Of a stretch of 64,000 nt of DNA, positions 38,882-48,158 are shown in pieces. Origin of the DNA: an uncultured virus (IMG/VR IMGVR_UViG_2648501187_000001) (taxonomy: Duplodnaviria > Heunggongvirae > Uroviricota > Caudoviricetes); the IMG/VR virus record IMGVR_UViG_2648501187_000001; one strand, written 5' to 3'. The position numbers and the translations under genes are program-made. The notes beneath the pieces were generated by a model. The model had not been told where the DNA came from, ran no database searches, and saw only the letters and a program-made list of their open reading frames with translations. Positions within the stretch are counted from its first letter, which is position 1. Every line of letters begins with the position of its first letter.

Positions 38882-39892
38882 TTAACTGCAGGGAACCTGG
38901 ATTGCGGGCGAACCGTCAGTGGGATATGCGAAACACATATTTTCATATCCGTCGTCCCCTCCCGTGGAACCGCCTCCGTTGCCACCGCCCTGGGAAGGCT
39001 GCTGTGGCTGCGGCTGTGGCGTCGGCGTATAACCGCCGCCGGTCGAACCACCGGTGGGCTGCTGTGGAGTGTACGTGTAGCCGCCGCCCTGGGATTGCGT
39101 GTAGCCGCCGCCCGTGTATCCGGTGTAGCCGCCGGTCGTATCACCCGCGGAACCACTATCATTACCCGACGTTTGGGCGGCATTGTCGGCCGCCTGCTTC
39201 TCCTTTTCGGCCCTGGCATTCGCGTCCGCATCCGACTTCGCCTTGATGGAGTCGTTGACCGCCTTCACCGCATCCGAGATCGCCTTCCCGTCCTTCGATT
39301 TGATGGCGTTCTCCAATGCGGCGCGAACCTTGTCGTCCTTCACCCTGCCCTTCGAATCATTCAGGATCCTGGTCGCGTCGGCGACGGTCTTGTCGAGCTT
39401 CGAGGCGTTGACCGCATCCGCCTTGCCCCTGACCTCGTTCACGGTCTTCGCATATGCGGCCGCAAGACCGTCGATCTTCTTCGTCATCGCCTCGATATCG
39501 GCCCGATCGCCGGAGGGGCATTCCGGAACGGTCGTCTTCGTCTTCTCGGAGGCCTTCACCGTCGAAGCCAACGTCCCGACCGTTTTCGCGTCCTTGACCT
39601 CCGAATCCTTGACCCTGATTGCGGTCTTCAAGGCGTCCGACTTCAGGTATTCCGTCAGCTTCTTCCGCGCCTTCACCGCCCTGTCGTATGAGGTGGCGCA
39701 TTCCTCTGAAGCCGCCGTCAACCGATCATGGTTCCAATACAGGCATCCGCCGATACCGCCCGCCGCGAGGACGACGGCGCATCCGCCCGCGATCACCGGC
39801 ACCAGCCACTTCGGGCGCTTCGGTTTCGAGGCGGCGCGGGCGGTCCCCGACGGTTCCGTCGGGGGCTGGGGCACGGGATTCGATCCGCTCAT
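38882..39892 (-). CDS. Membrane-anchored coiled-coil surface protein, tandem copy A
   Basis: N-terminal TM; helical repeats; GGYT repeats; C-terminal C...QVPCS; SD AAAGAGG. Confidence 0.8.
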   Translation of the reverse strand: MSGSNPVPQPPTEPSGTARAASKPKRPKWLVPVIAGGCAVVLAAGGIGGCLYWNHDRLTAASEECATSYDRAVKARKKLTEYLKSDALKTAIRVKDSEVKDAKTVGTLASTVKASEKTKTTVPECPSGDRADIEAMTKKIDGLAAAYAKTVNEVRGKADAVNASKLDKTVADATRILNDSKGRVKDDKVRAALENAIKSKDGKAISDAVKAVNDSIKAKSDADANARAEKEKQAADNAAQTSGNDSGSAGDTTGGYTGYTGGGYTQSQGGGYTYTPQQPTGGSTGGGYTPTPQPQPQQPSQGGGNGGGSTGGDDGYENMCFAYPTDGSPAIQVPCS

Positions 39893-39951
39893 GTTATGTT
39901 CCTCTTTCATGTTTCCGCTACGCGCACGATGGTAAATCATCAAAATAATAA

Positions 39952-39992
39952 AGAGGTGTGGTATATCCCATTATGGGATATACCACACCTCT
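39952..39992 (-). terminator. Perfect 19-bp-stem hairpin with T-rich tail between the tandem copies
   Basis: AGAGGTGTGGTATATCCCA TTA TGGGATATACCACACCTCT; TTATTATTTT follows on the minus strand. Confidence 0.8.
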
Positions 39993-40011
39993 CACGCGGA
40001 AAGAGGAAAGA

Positions 40012-41013
40012 TCAACTGCAGGGAACTTGGACGCCCGGCTTGCCACTGGTATCACCCACCCAGCAATCTTCATAATAACCGTCATCACCACCAGAGGAGC
40101 CTCCGTTGCCGCCGCCCTGGGAAGGCTGCTGTGGCTGCGGCTGTGGCGTCGGCGTATAGCCGCCTCCGTTACCGGTGGGCTGCTGTGGCATGTACGTGTA
40201 GCCGCCGCCCTGGGATTGCGTGTAGCCTCCGCCCGTGTATCCGGTGTAGCCACCGGTCGTATCGCCCGTGTAGGAGGAGCCGTTGTCCGGCGCCTGGGCG
40301 GCATTGTCGGCCGCCTGCTTCTCCTTTTCGGCCCTGGCATTCGCGTCCGCATCCGACTTCGCCTTGATGGAGTCGTTGACCGTCTTCATGGCGTCCGAGA
40401 TCGCCTTCCCGTCCTTCGATTTGATGGCGTTCTCCAATGCGGCGCGAACCTTGTCGTCCTTCACCCTGCCCTTCGAATCATTCAGGATCCTGGTCGCGTC
40501 GGCGACGGTCTTGTCGAGCTTCGAGGCGTTCACGGCCTCGGCCTTGCCCTTGACCTCGCCTACGGTCTTCGCATACGCGGTCGCGGTCTTGTCGAGCCAC
40601 GCGGTCACGGCCTTGATGTCCTTCAACCCATCCGCCGGGCATCCGGGGATATCGGTCTTCGTCTTCGAGGCCGTCTTCACGGTCGAAGCCAACGTCCCGA
40701 CCGTTTTCGCGTCCTTGACCTCCGAATCCTTGACCCTGATTGCGGTCTTCAAGGCGTCCGACTTCAGGTATTCCGTCAGCTTCTTCCGCGCCTTCACCGC
40801 CCTGTCGTATGAGGTGGCGCATTCCTCCGAAGCCGCCGTCAACCGATCATGGTTCCAATACAGGCATCCGCCGATACCGCCCGCCGCGAGGACGACGGCG
40901 CATCCGCCCGCGATCACCGGCACCAGCCACTTCGGGCGCTTCGGTTTCGAGGCGGCGCGGGCGGCCCCCGACGGTTCCGTCGGGGGCTGGGGCACGGGAT
41001 TCGATCCGCTCAT
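40012..41013 (-). CDS. Membrane-anchored coiled-coil surface protein, tandem copy B
   Basis: Near-identical to copy A apart from divergent blocks. Confidence 0.8.
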   Translation of the reverse strand: MSGSNPVPQPPTEPSGAARAASKPKRPKWLVPVIAGGCAVVLAAGGIGGCLYWNHDRLTAASEECATSYDRAVKARKKLTEYLKSDALKTAIRVKDSEVKDAKTVGTLASTVKTASKTKTDIPGCPADGLKDIKAVTAWLDKTATAYAKTVGEVKGKAEAVNASKLDKTVADATRILNDSKGRVKDDKVRAALENAIKSKDGKAISDAMKTVNDSIKAKSDADANARAEKEKQAADNAAQAPDNGSSYTGDTTGGYTGYTGGGYTQSQGGGYTYMPQQPTGNGGGYTPTPQPQPQQPSQGGGNGGSSGGDDGYYEDCWVGDTSGKPGVQVPCS

Positions 41014-41192
41014 GTTATGTTCCTCTTTCATGTTTCCGCTACGCGCACGATGGTAGCATCATGCGTGGCTTGTTCCGGTCGGTTTCCTCACATCCCGGGG
41101 ATTCATCCATTCCTGGCGCTTGCCTCGGCTTCAATCATCCCACGGTATGCGTCCCTCGGGAAGCCAACGGATTTAAACCATGAAAGTGAACC

Positions 41193-41247
41193 GGGTGCCG
41201 CATCCCCTGCGGCCCGTCATGGGCCGGGGGGGGGGATGCGGCACCCC
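41193..41247 (-). terminator. Hairpin downstream of the thioester-domain adhesin
   Basis: GGGTGCCGCATCCCC ... GGGGATGCGGCACCC. Confidence 0.6.
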
Positions 41248-41262
41248 TTGCCGTCCCGCGTG

Positions 41263-44214
41263 TCAGGCGCGCCTGCGGTTGCGCAGCGCGAACGCGGCGC
41301 CCAGGCCGGCGAGCAGCATGCCGGCCGCGACGGCGGGCAGGACGCCCGTGCCGGTGGAGGCGAGCTGCTTCTCCCTGACGGTCACGGTCTCGTTCGGCTT
41401 GCGCGCGTCGCCATAGGAGACGAGCCTGCCCGTCTGGTCGTACACCTTCTCACGCCAGTAGTAGGTGCCGGTCTCCTTGACGGTCACGGTCGGCGAGTGG
41501 ACGCCGTCCTTCGCGCCGACCTTGCCGGTGACGGTGATGAGCACGTCTCCCGACTGGTCTCCGTTGGCCTGCTTCCACAGTTCGAATTCGGCCTTGGCTG
41601 CCTGCTCGCAGTTCCTGAGCAGGAGCTCGTCGTGCAGGTCGGCCCTGCCGTTCTCCAACGTGACCTCACCCTGGCTCCTGGTGGACACCTCGCACCTGGG
41701 CGTTTCGGGCTTCCTGCCTTGGACGCGCACGATTTCGGATGCGAGGCCGAAAGCGTGCTGCACCCTGCCGTGGGTGAGCTGACGCCAGGCCAAGGCGGCG
41801 AGCGGATTATGGTTCTGGTCGCCGGTCAGACTCGGGGTCATGACCCAATGCCAAGCGTAGGTGCCCGATTCGGTCAACGTGAACGAGTCGGTCGTGTAGG
41901 TGCCGAACCTGGTGACGTCCTTGATGTCGGCCTCGTGAACCTTCACCGCGTTTTCGGGCACGGTGTCGGTCTGTTCGATCGCGGAGGACGGGTCGTCACT
42001 CACCTTGTAGAGGACGCCGTGGAAGTCGAGGCTGAGCGGGGTGCTCTTCGCGGTCTCGCCTTCGGTGACGTTAGTCTCCGGGTAGGTGGGCCACACGTCC
42101 TTTTCGTTGGTCTTGGCGACGACGAGCTTGTCGATGGTGGTCTCCCCCGCCTTGACTTCCTTGCTGGACACCGTGGAGTCGAGCTTCGGGGTGAGGCGGA
42201 TCATGACGGTCTCATCCGCGGTGAACGGAGCCTCATGAACATCCTTGGCGAACGGATAGTCCCTGGACGGTTCGATGCCGGTCTGGTTTTCCGTGTCCTG
42301 ATCCTTGTTCGCGATGTCGAACACGAACGTGGCGTATCCGGATGGCAGGTTCGTCAGATCCACACCATCCTCGGCCTTCCATTGGGCGACAGGCTTGTCC
42401 TCGTCACTGCTGGAAATCAGGTAGTCGCCGGCCTTGTTCGTGGTGAACGTGGCGGTGGCGAGCTTCACGGCCTGTTTGGGCAGTTCGACGGTCTTGCCTG
42501 CGGCGGTATCCTTCTGAGCCTGTTCGGCCTGTTCGCGGGTCATGCCACCGTAGATGGTGCCGTTCACGGTAAGCGTGATCTGGTTGTCTTCCGTTTCCTT
42601 GCCTTCGCCCTGACCGTCCTTGGTGTGCAGCCAGTCCTGGGTGTCGACCTTGCCGTCACCGTTCACGTCGGTCACGTTGAGTGTGACCTTATCGCGGATG
42701 ACGCTGCCTTTTTCAAGGTAGACGACATCGGTCTTGTCGGATGCCTGAGCGGAACCGATTTGCACGCTCGGACGTTCGGTGCCGTCGGCGCCGGTCACCG
42801 TGCTCTGATCATTCTTGTAGGCGTCGCTCACACTCGACTTGATGGTCGGCTGCATGTTGCGCACGTGCTGAGTGGATTCCGCTTCGAGCACGTTGTCGGA
42901 CCAGTCGTAGTCCGTGGACAGGTACTGCTTCATGTTGGCGTCCTGCATGTCGGGCGTGATCTGCCACACCCACGTGTACCAGCCGGTGTCCGGCAGGCTC
43001 GACGGGGTGGCTCCCGGGTGCGTCTTCACGAAGTCGGGGTCCATGGTGATGGAGGTGGCGTCCACGTGATTGGTGGCGCCGTCCCTGTCGCCGGTGACGG
43101 TCGCGGTCGCGGCCTTCACCCCATCCTTGACGGTCGTCCGGCCTTCGACCGGCTTCTTCGTGAAGTAGTAGAGGGTGCCGGTGCTCTTGATGGTCGCGCC
43201 TTCAATCCAGTCGCCGCCCGTCGGGTCCACATGCCAGGTCAGATCGTCTTCGGGCGCATGCCCGTATTCGATGCGATGATCCGACTGGTTGGATTCGATG
43301 GTCGGCTTGAAGTTGTTCAGCACCTCGAACGTGATGTTCTCCGACGTAGTCTCAGGATCAGAGGGACCCATCAGGTTCTGGTTCGGAGAGCTCAGCTTGA
43401 CGGCCTTCGGGATTTTTCTCCGTACGCTCCACGTCACTTTGCCGTTGCCCGTTGCCGTCCACGGAAGGTGGATCGCCTGACCTGTGGTGGTGCCGCTGAT
43501 CGTGTTCGTCTTGGTCTGGTCGAACACGGCCGGGCCGTTCAGGGTCGCCGTGTACTGGATGCCCGCGATTTCGACGCCGTTCCCGGTCGTGATGCTCGGG
43601 GTGACCATTCCCTTGCGTTTGCCGATGGTGTACTGGTATCTCATGTCGAGGTTCGAGGGCGTGTTGGCGACCGCCTCCGTCCACAGGCTGTTCATTTTGG
43701 CCGTGTACGTGTCCCAGCTGGTGCCGTCTTTCCAGCCGAGGCGTTCGATGCCCGACAGGTATTCGTTGCCCATCGGGTCGAGCTTCTGGTGGATGAGGCC
43801 CGCGATCGCGGCCTGCGTGAGGTCGTCCGTGTTCCCGTTGTACTTGTCGGTCAGCCATGCGAGCCGTTGCGCGTCCGGTTTCGTATTCGCGTCGGTCCAA
43901 TCGCCCCACGTGCCCGACGTGCCCGTGTAGAGCACGTCGGCCTGGATGCAGTACACGTTCTTCCCGTTGACCCTGTCGACCACGCCGAGCGACTGCTCCA
44001 TGTTCGGATAGGAGGCCCCGTTGCTGAACGTGAGCGTGCCCAGGTTCGCCCACAGGCCCGGGTTGCCGTTCTGAATGGAGCGTTCAAACGGATCACGCAT
44101 GGCGGCCGCGTCCGCCGTGCCCGCCACGAGCATGCCCGCCGCCAGGGTGGCGGCGGCCGCGACGCCCGCGGCGAGCGTGCGCGCCCAGTGTCTGTCGTTA
44201 TGAGTCGAACCCAT
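41263..44214 (-). CDS. LASTG-anchored adhesin with a putative N-terminal thioester domain
   Basis: SD GAAAGGAA; signal peptide; VYCIQ, LTQAAI and NQNLM motifs; Ig-like repeats (GYATFV, GTYAWHW, GTYYWRE); LASTG + TM + RRRA. Confidence 0.8.
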   Translation of the reverse strand: MGSTHNDRHWARTLAAGVAAAATLAAGMLVAGTADAAAMRDPFERSIQNGNPGLWANLGTLTFSNGASYPNMEQSLGVVDRVNGKNVYCIQADVLYTGTSGTWGDWTDANTKPDAQRLAWLTDKYNGNTDDLTQAAIAGLIHQKLDPMGNEYLSGIERLGWKDGTSWDTYTAKMNSLWTEAVANTPSNLDMRYQYTIGKRKGMVTPSITTGNGVEIAGIQYTATLNGPAVFDQTKTNTISGTTTGQAIHLPWTATGNGKVTWSVRRKIPKAVKLSSPNQNLMGPSDPETTSENITFEVLNNFKPTIESNQSDHRIEYGHAPEDDLTWHVDPTGGDWIEGATIKSTGTLYYFTKKPVEGRTTVKDGVKAATATVTGDRDGATNHVDATSITMDPDFVKTHPGATPSSLPDTGWYTWVWQITPDMQDANMKQYLSTDYDWSDNVLEAESTQHVRNMQPTIKSSVSDAYKNDQSTVTGADGTERPSVQIGSAQASDKTDVVYLEKGSVIRDKVTLNVTDVNGDGKVDTQDWLHTKDGQGEGKETEDNQITLTVNGTIYGGMTREQAEQAQKDTAAGKTVELPKQAVKLATATFTTNKAGDYLISSSDEDKPVAQWKAEDGVDLTNLPSGYATFVFDIANKDQDTENQTGIEPSRDYPFAKDVHEAPFTADETVMIRLTPKLDSTVSSKEVKAGETTIDKLVVAKTNEKDVWPTYPETNVTEGETAKSTPLSLDFHGVLYKVSDDPSSAIEQTDTVPENAVKVHEADIKDVTRFGTYTTDSFTLTESGTYAWHWVMTPSLTGDQNHNPLAALAWRQLTHGRVQHAFGLASEIVRVQGRKPETPRCEVSTRSQGEVTLENGRADLHDELLLRNCEQAAKAEFELWKQANGDQSGDVLITVTGKVGAKDGVHSPTVTVKETGTYYWREKVYDQTGRLVSYGDARKPNETVTVREKQLASTGTGVLPAVAAGMLLAGLGAAFALRNRRRA

Positions 44215-44342
44215 AAGGATGTTTCCTTTCTGTCGGATAGGGGACGGCGTACGTCCGCCCCCGCACGCGCGTCTATGCGGGCCGGAAAGGCATGATCGTC
44301 CCGGGACATGGAAGAACGGCATGGGATTGGATTTGACGGTTT

Positions 44343-45263
44343 CTAGCCGAGCGCGTCCCTGACCTTGACGACGATGTCGAGCAACGGGGACAGGAGACCC
44401 GTCGGCCCGTACGTCCTTCGCAGCCGATCGTATTCGACGCACGCGTCCCGGACGGTCACGTCCCAGCCCTCACGGGCGATTAGCGGATACCGGCCGGCCG
44501 TGTTCAGGCTGCGGCGCACCGGCCCGAACATCAACCGGTATCGGAGCCATGCGAGACGCGGCCGCGCGGAATCCTCCAACGTTCGCGCCCGGTCGAGGAT
44601 GAGCGTCGCACCGTAACGCAGCATGCAGGCGCGAACCGTCATGTCAAGGTCCTCCGCGTCGCCGGTCCGGTACGTCCACCCGGGGTATGGGACGCGACGG
44701 GAGCGCATGCCGTCCATCAGGCCGCGCCGTTCCCGCCCGGCCACGCATACGCTGGCGCTTAGGCCGGTGGCCCGGCCCATGACCATGAGCATCGCGGAAT
44801 CCCCCGCCGTCCGCCCCATGACCAGGCTCCGCTCGGAATAGCGGAACGGGGACCGATCCCGTCTCCACGAGGCGTCCCGATGGAAGTAGCGCGCCGGGTT
44901 CGCGTCGAACACGCCGTGCCCGATGAGGAACGGCCGTATCGTGATATGCCCCTGTCCCGTCATGGCGGCCCATGGTACGCGCGTCCGAACCGGCCGGTCC
45001 CGTCGTGTCCCGTGATGCGGACGGGGGATGGCATCCCAGCCGGCCGCGTAGCCGACGGCCAGGAGCATGAGGCGCGGAGCCCACACGCCGCCGGCGGCGA
45101 ACGGGGCGAGCACGGCGGCGAACAGGGCGAGACGCGCGGGCCATGGGCCGGGGCCCGCCGCCCGCGCCCACCGTTCCCGGCCCGCGTCCAGGAGCATGAG
45201 GGGGACGAGCCAGCGCAGCAGGATTCCCGCGGCCGGCCAGAACAGGATGACGATCGGGGTCAT
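44343..45263 (-). CDS. Hypothetical membrane protein
   Basis: N-terminal TM segments; GCATAC box 7 nt before the ATG. Confidence 0.65.
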   Translation of the reverse strand: MTPIVILFWPAAGILLRWLVPLMLLDAGRERWARAAGPGPWPARLALFAAVLAPFAAGGVWAPRLMLLAVGYAAGWDAIPRPHHGTRRDRPVRTRVPWAAMTGQGHITIRPFLIGHGVFDANPARYFHRDASWRRDRSPFRYSERSLVMGRTAGDSAMLMVMGRATGLSASVCVAGRERRGLMDGMRSRRVPYPGWTYRTGDAEDLDMTVRACMLRYGATLILDRARTLEDSARPRLAWLRYRLMFGPVRRSLNTAGRYPLIAREGWDVTVRDACVEYDRLRRTYGPTGLLSPLLDIVVKVRDALG

Positions 45264-45305
45264 GCCTCCCGTATGCGTCCGTCCGGAACGCATACGGGAG
45301 GCATG
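45261..45305. promoter_or_regulatory. Divergent GCATAC promoter pair with perfect 18-bp arms
   Basis: CATGCCTCCCGTATGCGT-N9-ACGCATACGGGAGGCATG. Confidence 0.7.
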
Positions 45306-45351
45306 CAGCAGGGGACGCCCGTCCCCGCACCCACAAGGAAAGGAAACCGTC

Positions 45352-46047
45352 ATGACCGATCAGGAGTCGGGAGCCCAGCTCACCCAATCATACGAATCCC
45401 AGTCATACGCGCCGCAGGAGAGCAAGCGCCCCGAAATCACGACCGTCGCGTTCGGCGGATACCGGACGGAGGATGTGGACCGTCTGGTCGACCAGTACGA
45501 GGAGAGGATGGCCGGATACCGGCGCAGCCTCGCCCGGCAGATCGCGATCGCCGACAACCTGAGGAACCTGAACACGCGGCTGACCGCCCAATTGGAGGCC
45601 GCCTGCCGGGAACGCGACGAACTGCGCCACCGGGCGGAAAGCCCGTTCGAGGCGGCCGGCAAGGCCGCGCAGGACCTCGTCGACAACGCGAGGAACACGG
45701 CGCGCGACACGATCGCGGAGGCGCGGGCGCAGGCAAAAGGCATCCTCGACGAGGCGAACGCGAAGGCGGGGGACGTCGTCGCGTCCGCGAAGCAGACCGC
45801 CGACGGGCTCGCCGAGGAACACAAGAGGGAGCATGACAAGGCGATGGCCGACCTCGCCGAGCAACGCGACGCGTTGAAGACGGAGCACGCGAAGGCCATG
45901 GCCGACATCGAAACGCGCCGCAAGGACGCGCAGACCGCGATCGCGGAACGCGAACGACGGGCGGGGGAACTCGAACAACGGGCCAGAGGGACGGTGGACG
46001 AGATCCGGGAGACCCTGAAGAACGCGATCCGCACGCTCGACGACTGA
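45352..46047 (+). CDS. DivIVA-domain coiled-coil protein
   Basis: ITTVAFGGYRTEDVDRLVD followed by a coiled coil with AAQDLVDNAR..A; SD GGAAAGGAA. Confidence 0.8.
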   Translation: MTDQESGAQLTQSYESQSYAPQESKRPEITTVAFGGYRTEDVDRLVDQYEERMAGYRRSLARQIAIADNLRNLNTRLTAQLEAACRERDELRHRAESPFEAAGKAAQDLVDNARNTARDTIAEARAQAKGILDEANAKAGDVVASAKQTADGLAEEHKREHDKAMADLAEQRDALKTEHAKAMADIETRRKDAQTAIAERERRAGELEQRARGTVDEIRETLKNAIRTLDD

Positions 46048-46362
46048 AAACGAACGGGATCAAGGGGATGCGGGCATGCGGCCGTCCGGACCGTTTCGCC
46101 CGCATCACGGTCCCCTCTCAAGCGCATACCGGGTGCGCATTCTCCCAACGAAACGCGAACCAAGCAGCCCCATGATGGCGTGAGACGTGGAGCGACCACC
46201 CGCAAGGATGGCCTGCAAGCCAGAACAAACCAGTTTGCAACGGACAAGACCATACCCGCGTCCATGCGCCGGATCGGTCCAGCCCGGTTCGCCGCATGGA
46301 CGCGGGTATGGTCGGGCGGACGGCGACGCCCAGGAGCATCCACGCCCAGACGTTGACGGGCG

Positions 46363-47670
46363 TCAGACGGCGAGCCTTTCGCGCACGCGGAGCGCCCAGT
46401 CGACCGCCATGGCGGCCTGCGGGGGCACGACCCCGTTGCCCAGGGCGCGCAGTTGGAGGTTCCTGTGATTGCCGTCCACATGCCGCCAGATCGCCGGATC
46501 GGTGACCCAGCCGTCCTCCAGGCCCATCATCCATTCCACGAACCTCGGGGATAGGTGGGCGGCCGACGGGAACCGGGGGCCTTCGAATCGGGTCTTCCAA
46601 TAACCGAGCACGCTTTTGTCGGGCAGACGGGTCGCGGGGATCGGGATGTCCGGGTCCATGTCCTTGCAGCCGGGCCAGAACATGGGGTCGATGAGGCTCA
46701 TCCCCCGGTCGGTTTCACGCCAGAGCGCGAGCATGCGGTCGCGCATCGGCTGGTCCAGCCGGGCTTTCGGATGCGCGTCGAACGGGGCGTGGCGGGCGAG
46801 CCAGTACGGTTCGAACAGCGTGGGGTCGTCGGCGTTCGCCCCGACCCAGCGGCGCAGGCCGCCGGTCGCCTGCGTGGGGCAGGGGGCGGGACGGCCGGAC
46901 ACCCGCTCCCAGCGGCGGATCGCGGCGGCGAACCGGCCGAAGCGCACGCCCCGCCCGTCGTCCAGACCCCAGAGTCCCCCATGGTAGGGGCCGGGCGCGG
47001 GGATCGCGCGCGTCCCCTGTTCGACGGCGCCGGTCATGCATGTCTGGTCGTTCCTCTGATTGCGGCCTTTCACGTCGCTGGCGCGCGGCGTGGGCATCAT
47101 ATCCACATCATCCGTCATCACGTCCTCCCTCAGGTTCCCGGTCGAATCGCGTCGGCTCCCGTCCCGGTCGCCGCGACGCAGGACGCGTTCCAACGCGGCC
47201 CCGTCGCGGGGCGCGATCGCATCCATGCAGTTCGGCGTGGCGAACAGGCGGGCTTCCGGCAGGATGTCGATGTCGTCGCTCTTCTCCGCCCAGTCGGCGA
47301 CGGTGACCGCATGCCCCATGGCCGCGCGGCGTTCCGGGACCATCGTGCCCCCGTTCCACTCGTTCGACGTGGGCGTCGGCAGGCAGTCGATGTCGTCGCG
47401 CAGGTTCCGGTAGCCGGCGCCTTTTCCGGCGCGCGGCCGTTCCGCATCCGCATGCGGGGGCAGCATGTCCATACAGTTCGGCGTGCCCGGCAGTTCGTTT
47501 TCGCTCATGCCCGTCGTATGCGTTCCCATGATCCGGATCTCCCCCGCGTCGAGGATCGCGTTCACCAGGGCGACGCCCCGCCAGTTCTCCCCCCGCCGCC
47601 AGCAGCCGCGCACCGTATGCCGGGTCGCGTCCATCACCGTCGGCGTCGGCAGCCACAAATCATCGCTCAT
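46363..47670 (-). CDS. C-terminal half of a split DNA (cytosine-5) methyltransferase (xPTP repeats + motifs IX/X)
   Basis: LPTP-type repeats; LSPRFVEWMMGL..GW; QLRALGNGVVPPQA. Confidence 0.8.
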   Translation of the reverse strand: MSDDLWLPTPTVMDATRHTVRGCWRRGENWRGVALVNAILDAGEIRIMGTHTTGMSENELPGTPNCMDMLPPHADAERPRAGKGAGYRNLRDDIDCLPTPTSNEWNGGTMVPERRAAMGHAVTVADWAEKSDDIDILPEARLFATPNCMDAIAPRDGAALERVLRRGDRDGSRRDSTGNLREDVMTDDVDMMPTPRASDVKGRNQRNDQTCMTGAVEQGTRAIPAPGPYHGGLWGLDDGRGVRFGRFAAAIRRWERVSGRPAPCPTQATGGLRRWVGANADDPTLFEPYWLARHAPFDAHPKARLDQPMRDRMLALWRETDRGMSLIDPMFWPGCKDMDPDIPIPATRLPDKSVLGYWKTRFEGPRFPSAAHLSPRFVEWMMGLEDGWVTDPAIWRHVDGNHRNLQLRALGNGVVPPQAAMAVDWALRVRERLAV

Positions 47671-47736
47671 GTCCACCCGTATGCGTCGCCGATCCGACGG
47701 CGTGCGCGCCGGCCCGCCGATGTCCGGAAACGGGCC

Positions 47737-47979
47737 CTACGCCAGTTTCGCCCGCCCCTCCGGCGTCCGCTCGATTTCGTCATATCGGACCAAGGCGAGA
47801 GACATATCTACGCAGTGGGCCTCGCCCGCTATGACGGCGATCGCGGCGGCGCGCGGTTTCGCATCATCGGCGTACCGGCCGGACAGCACGCCCAAGTCGC
47901 CGGACGGCCGGTACGCGCCGGGCGCGCCCTGAGGCAGGACCGGCGCCCTGTGGCTGCGGTTGTTCCCGTCCATCACCAT
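47737..47979 (-). CDS. Small protein with a degenerate DxNNRSHR-LPQG tag
   Basis: GCATAG box at ~48018; SD G9AGG; MVMDGNNRSHRAPVLPQG. It is in frame with an upstream TTG ORF from 48162 that carries one more xTP repeat. Confidence 0.45.
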   Translation of the reverse strand: MVMDGNNRSHRAPVLPQGAPGAYRPSGDLGVLSGRYADDAKPRAAAIAVIAGEAHCVDMSLALVRYDEIERTPEGRAKLA

Positions 47980-48158
47980 GATGATCCTCCCCCCCCCGTT
48001 TTCCCCGATACGGTCGGCTATGCGTGTCAAGCGCATCGAGCCGCGCAACAGTTCGTACGCGACCTGTTCGGGCAGGGACCCCGTCTTCTCCGCGTGCGCG
48101 CCACGCCCGGTCGGGTTCGGCTTCCAGTCGCCCGCGCGCGGCGTATGGAACAGGCTCG

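Noticed and set aside
38882..41013. Diversity-generating retroelement TR/VR pair
   Set aside because: No reverse transcriptase is present; differences are not adenine-restricted; both copies are full ORFs.
41226..41235. G10 tract (and C9 at 47989-47997) as phase-variation switches
   Set aside because: G10 is in a terminator stem. C9 is in the SD region of a doubtful small ORF. No length variation can be seen from one sequence.
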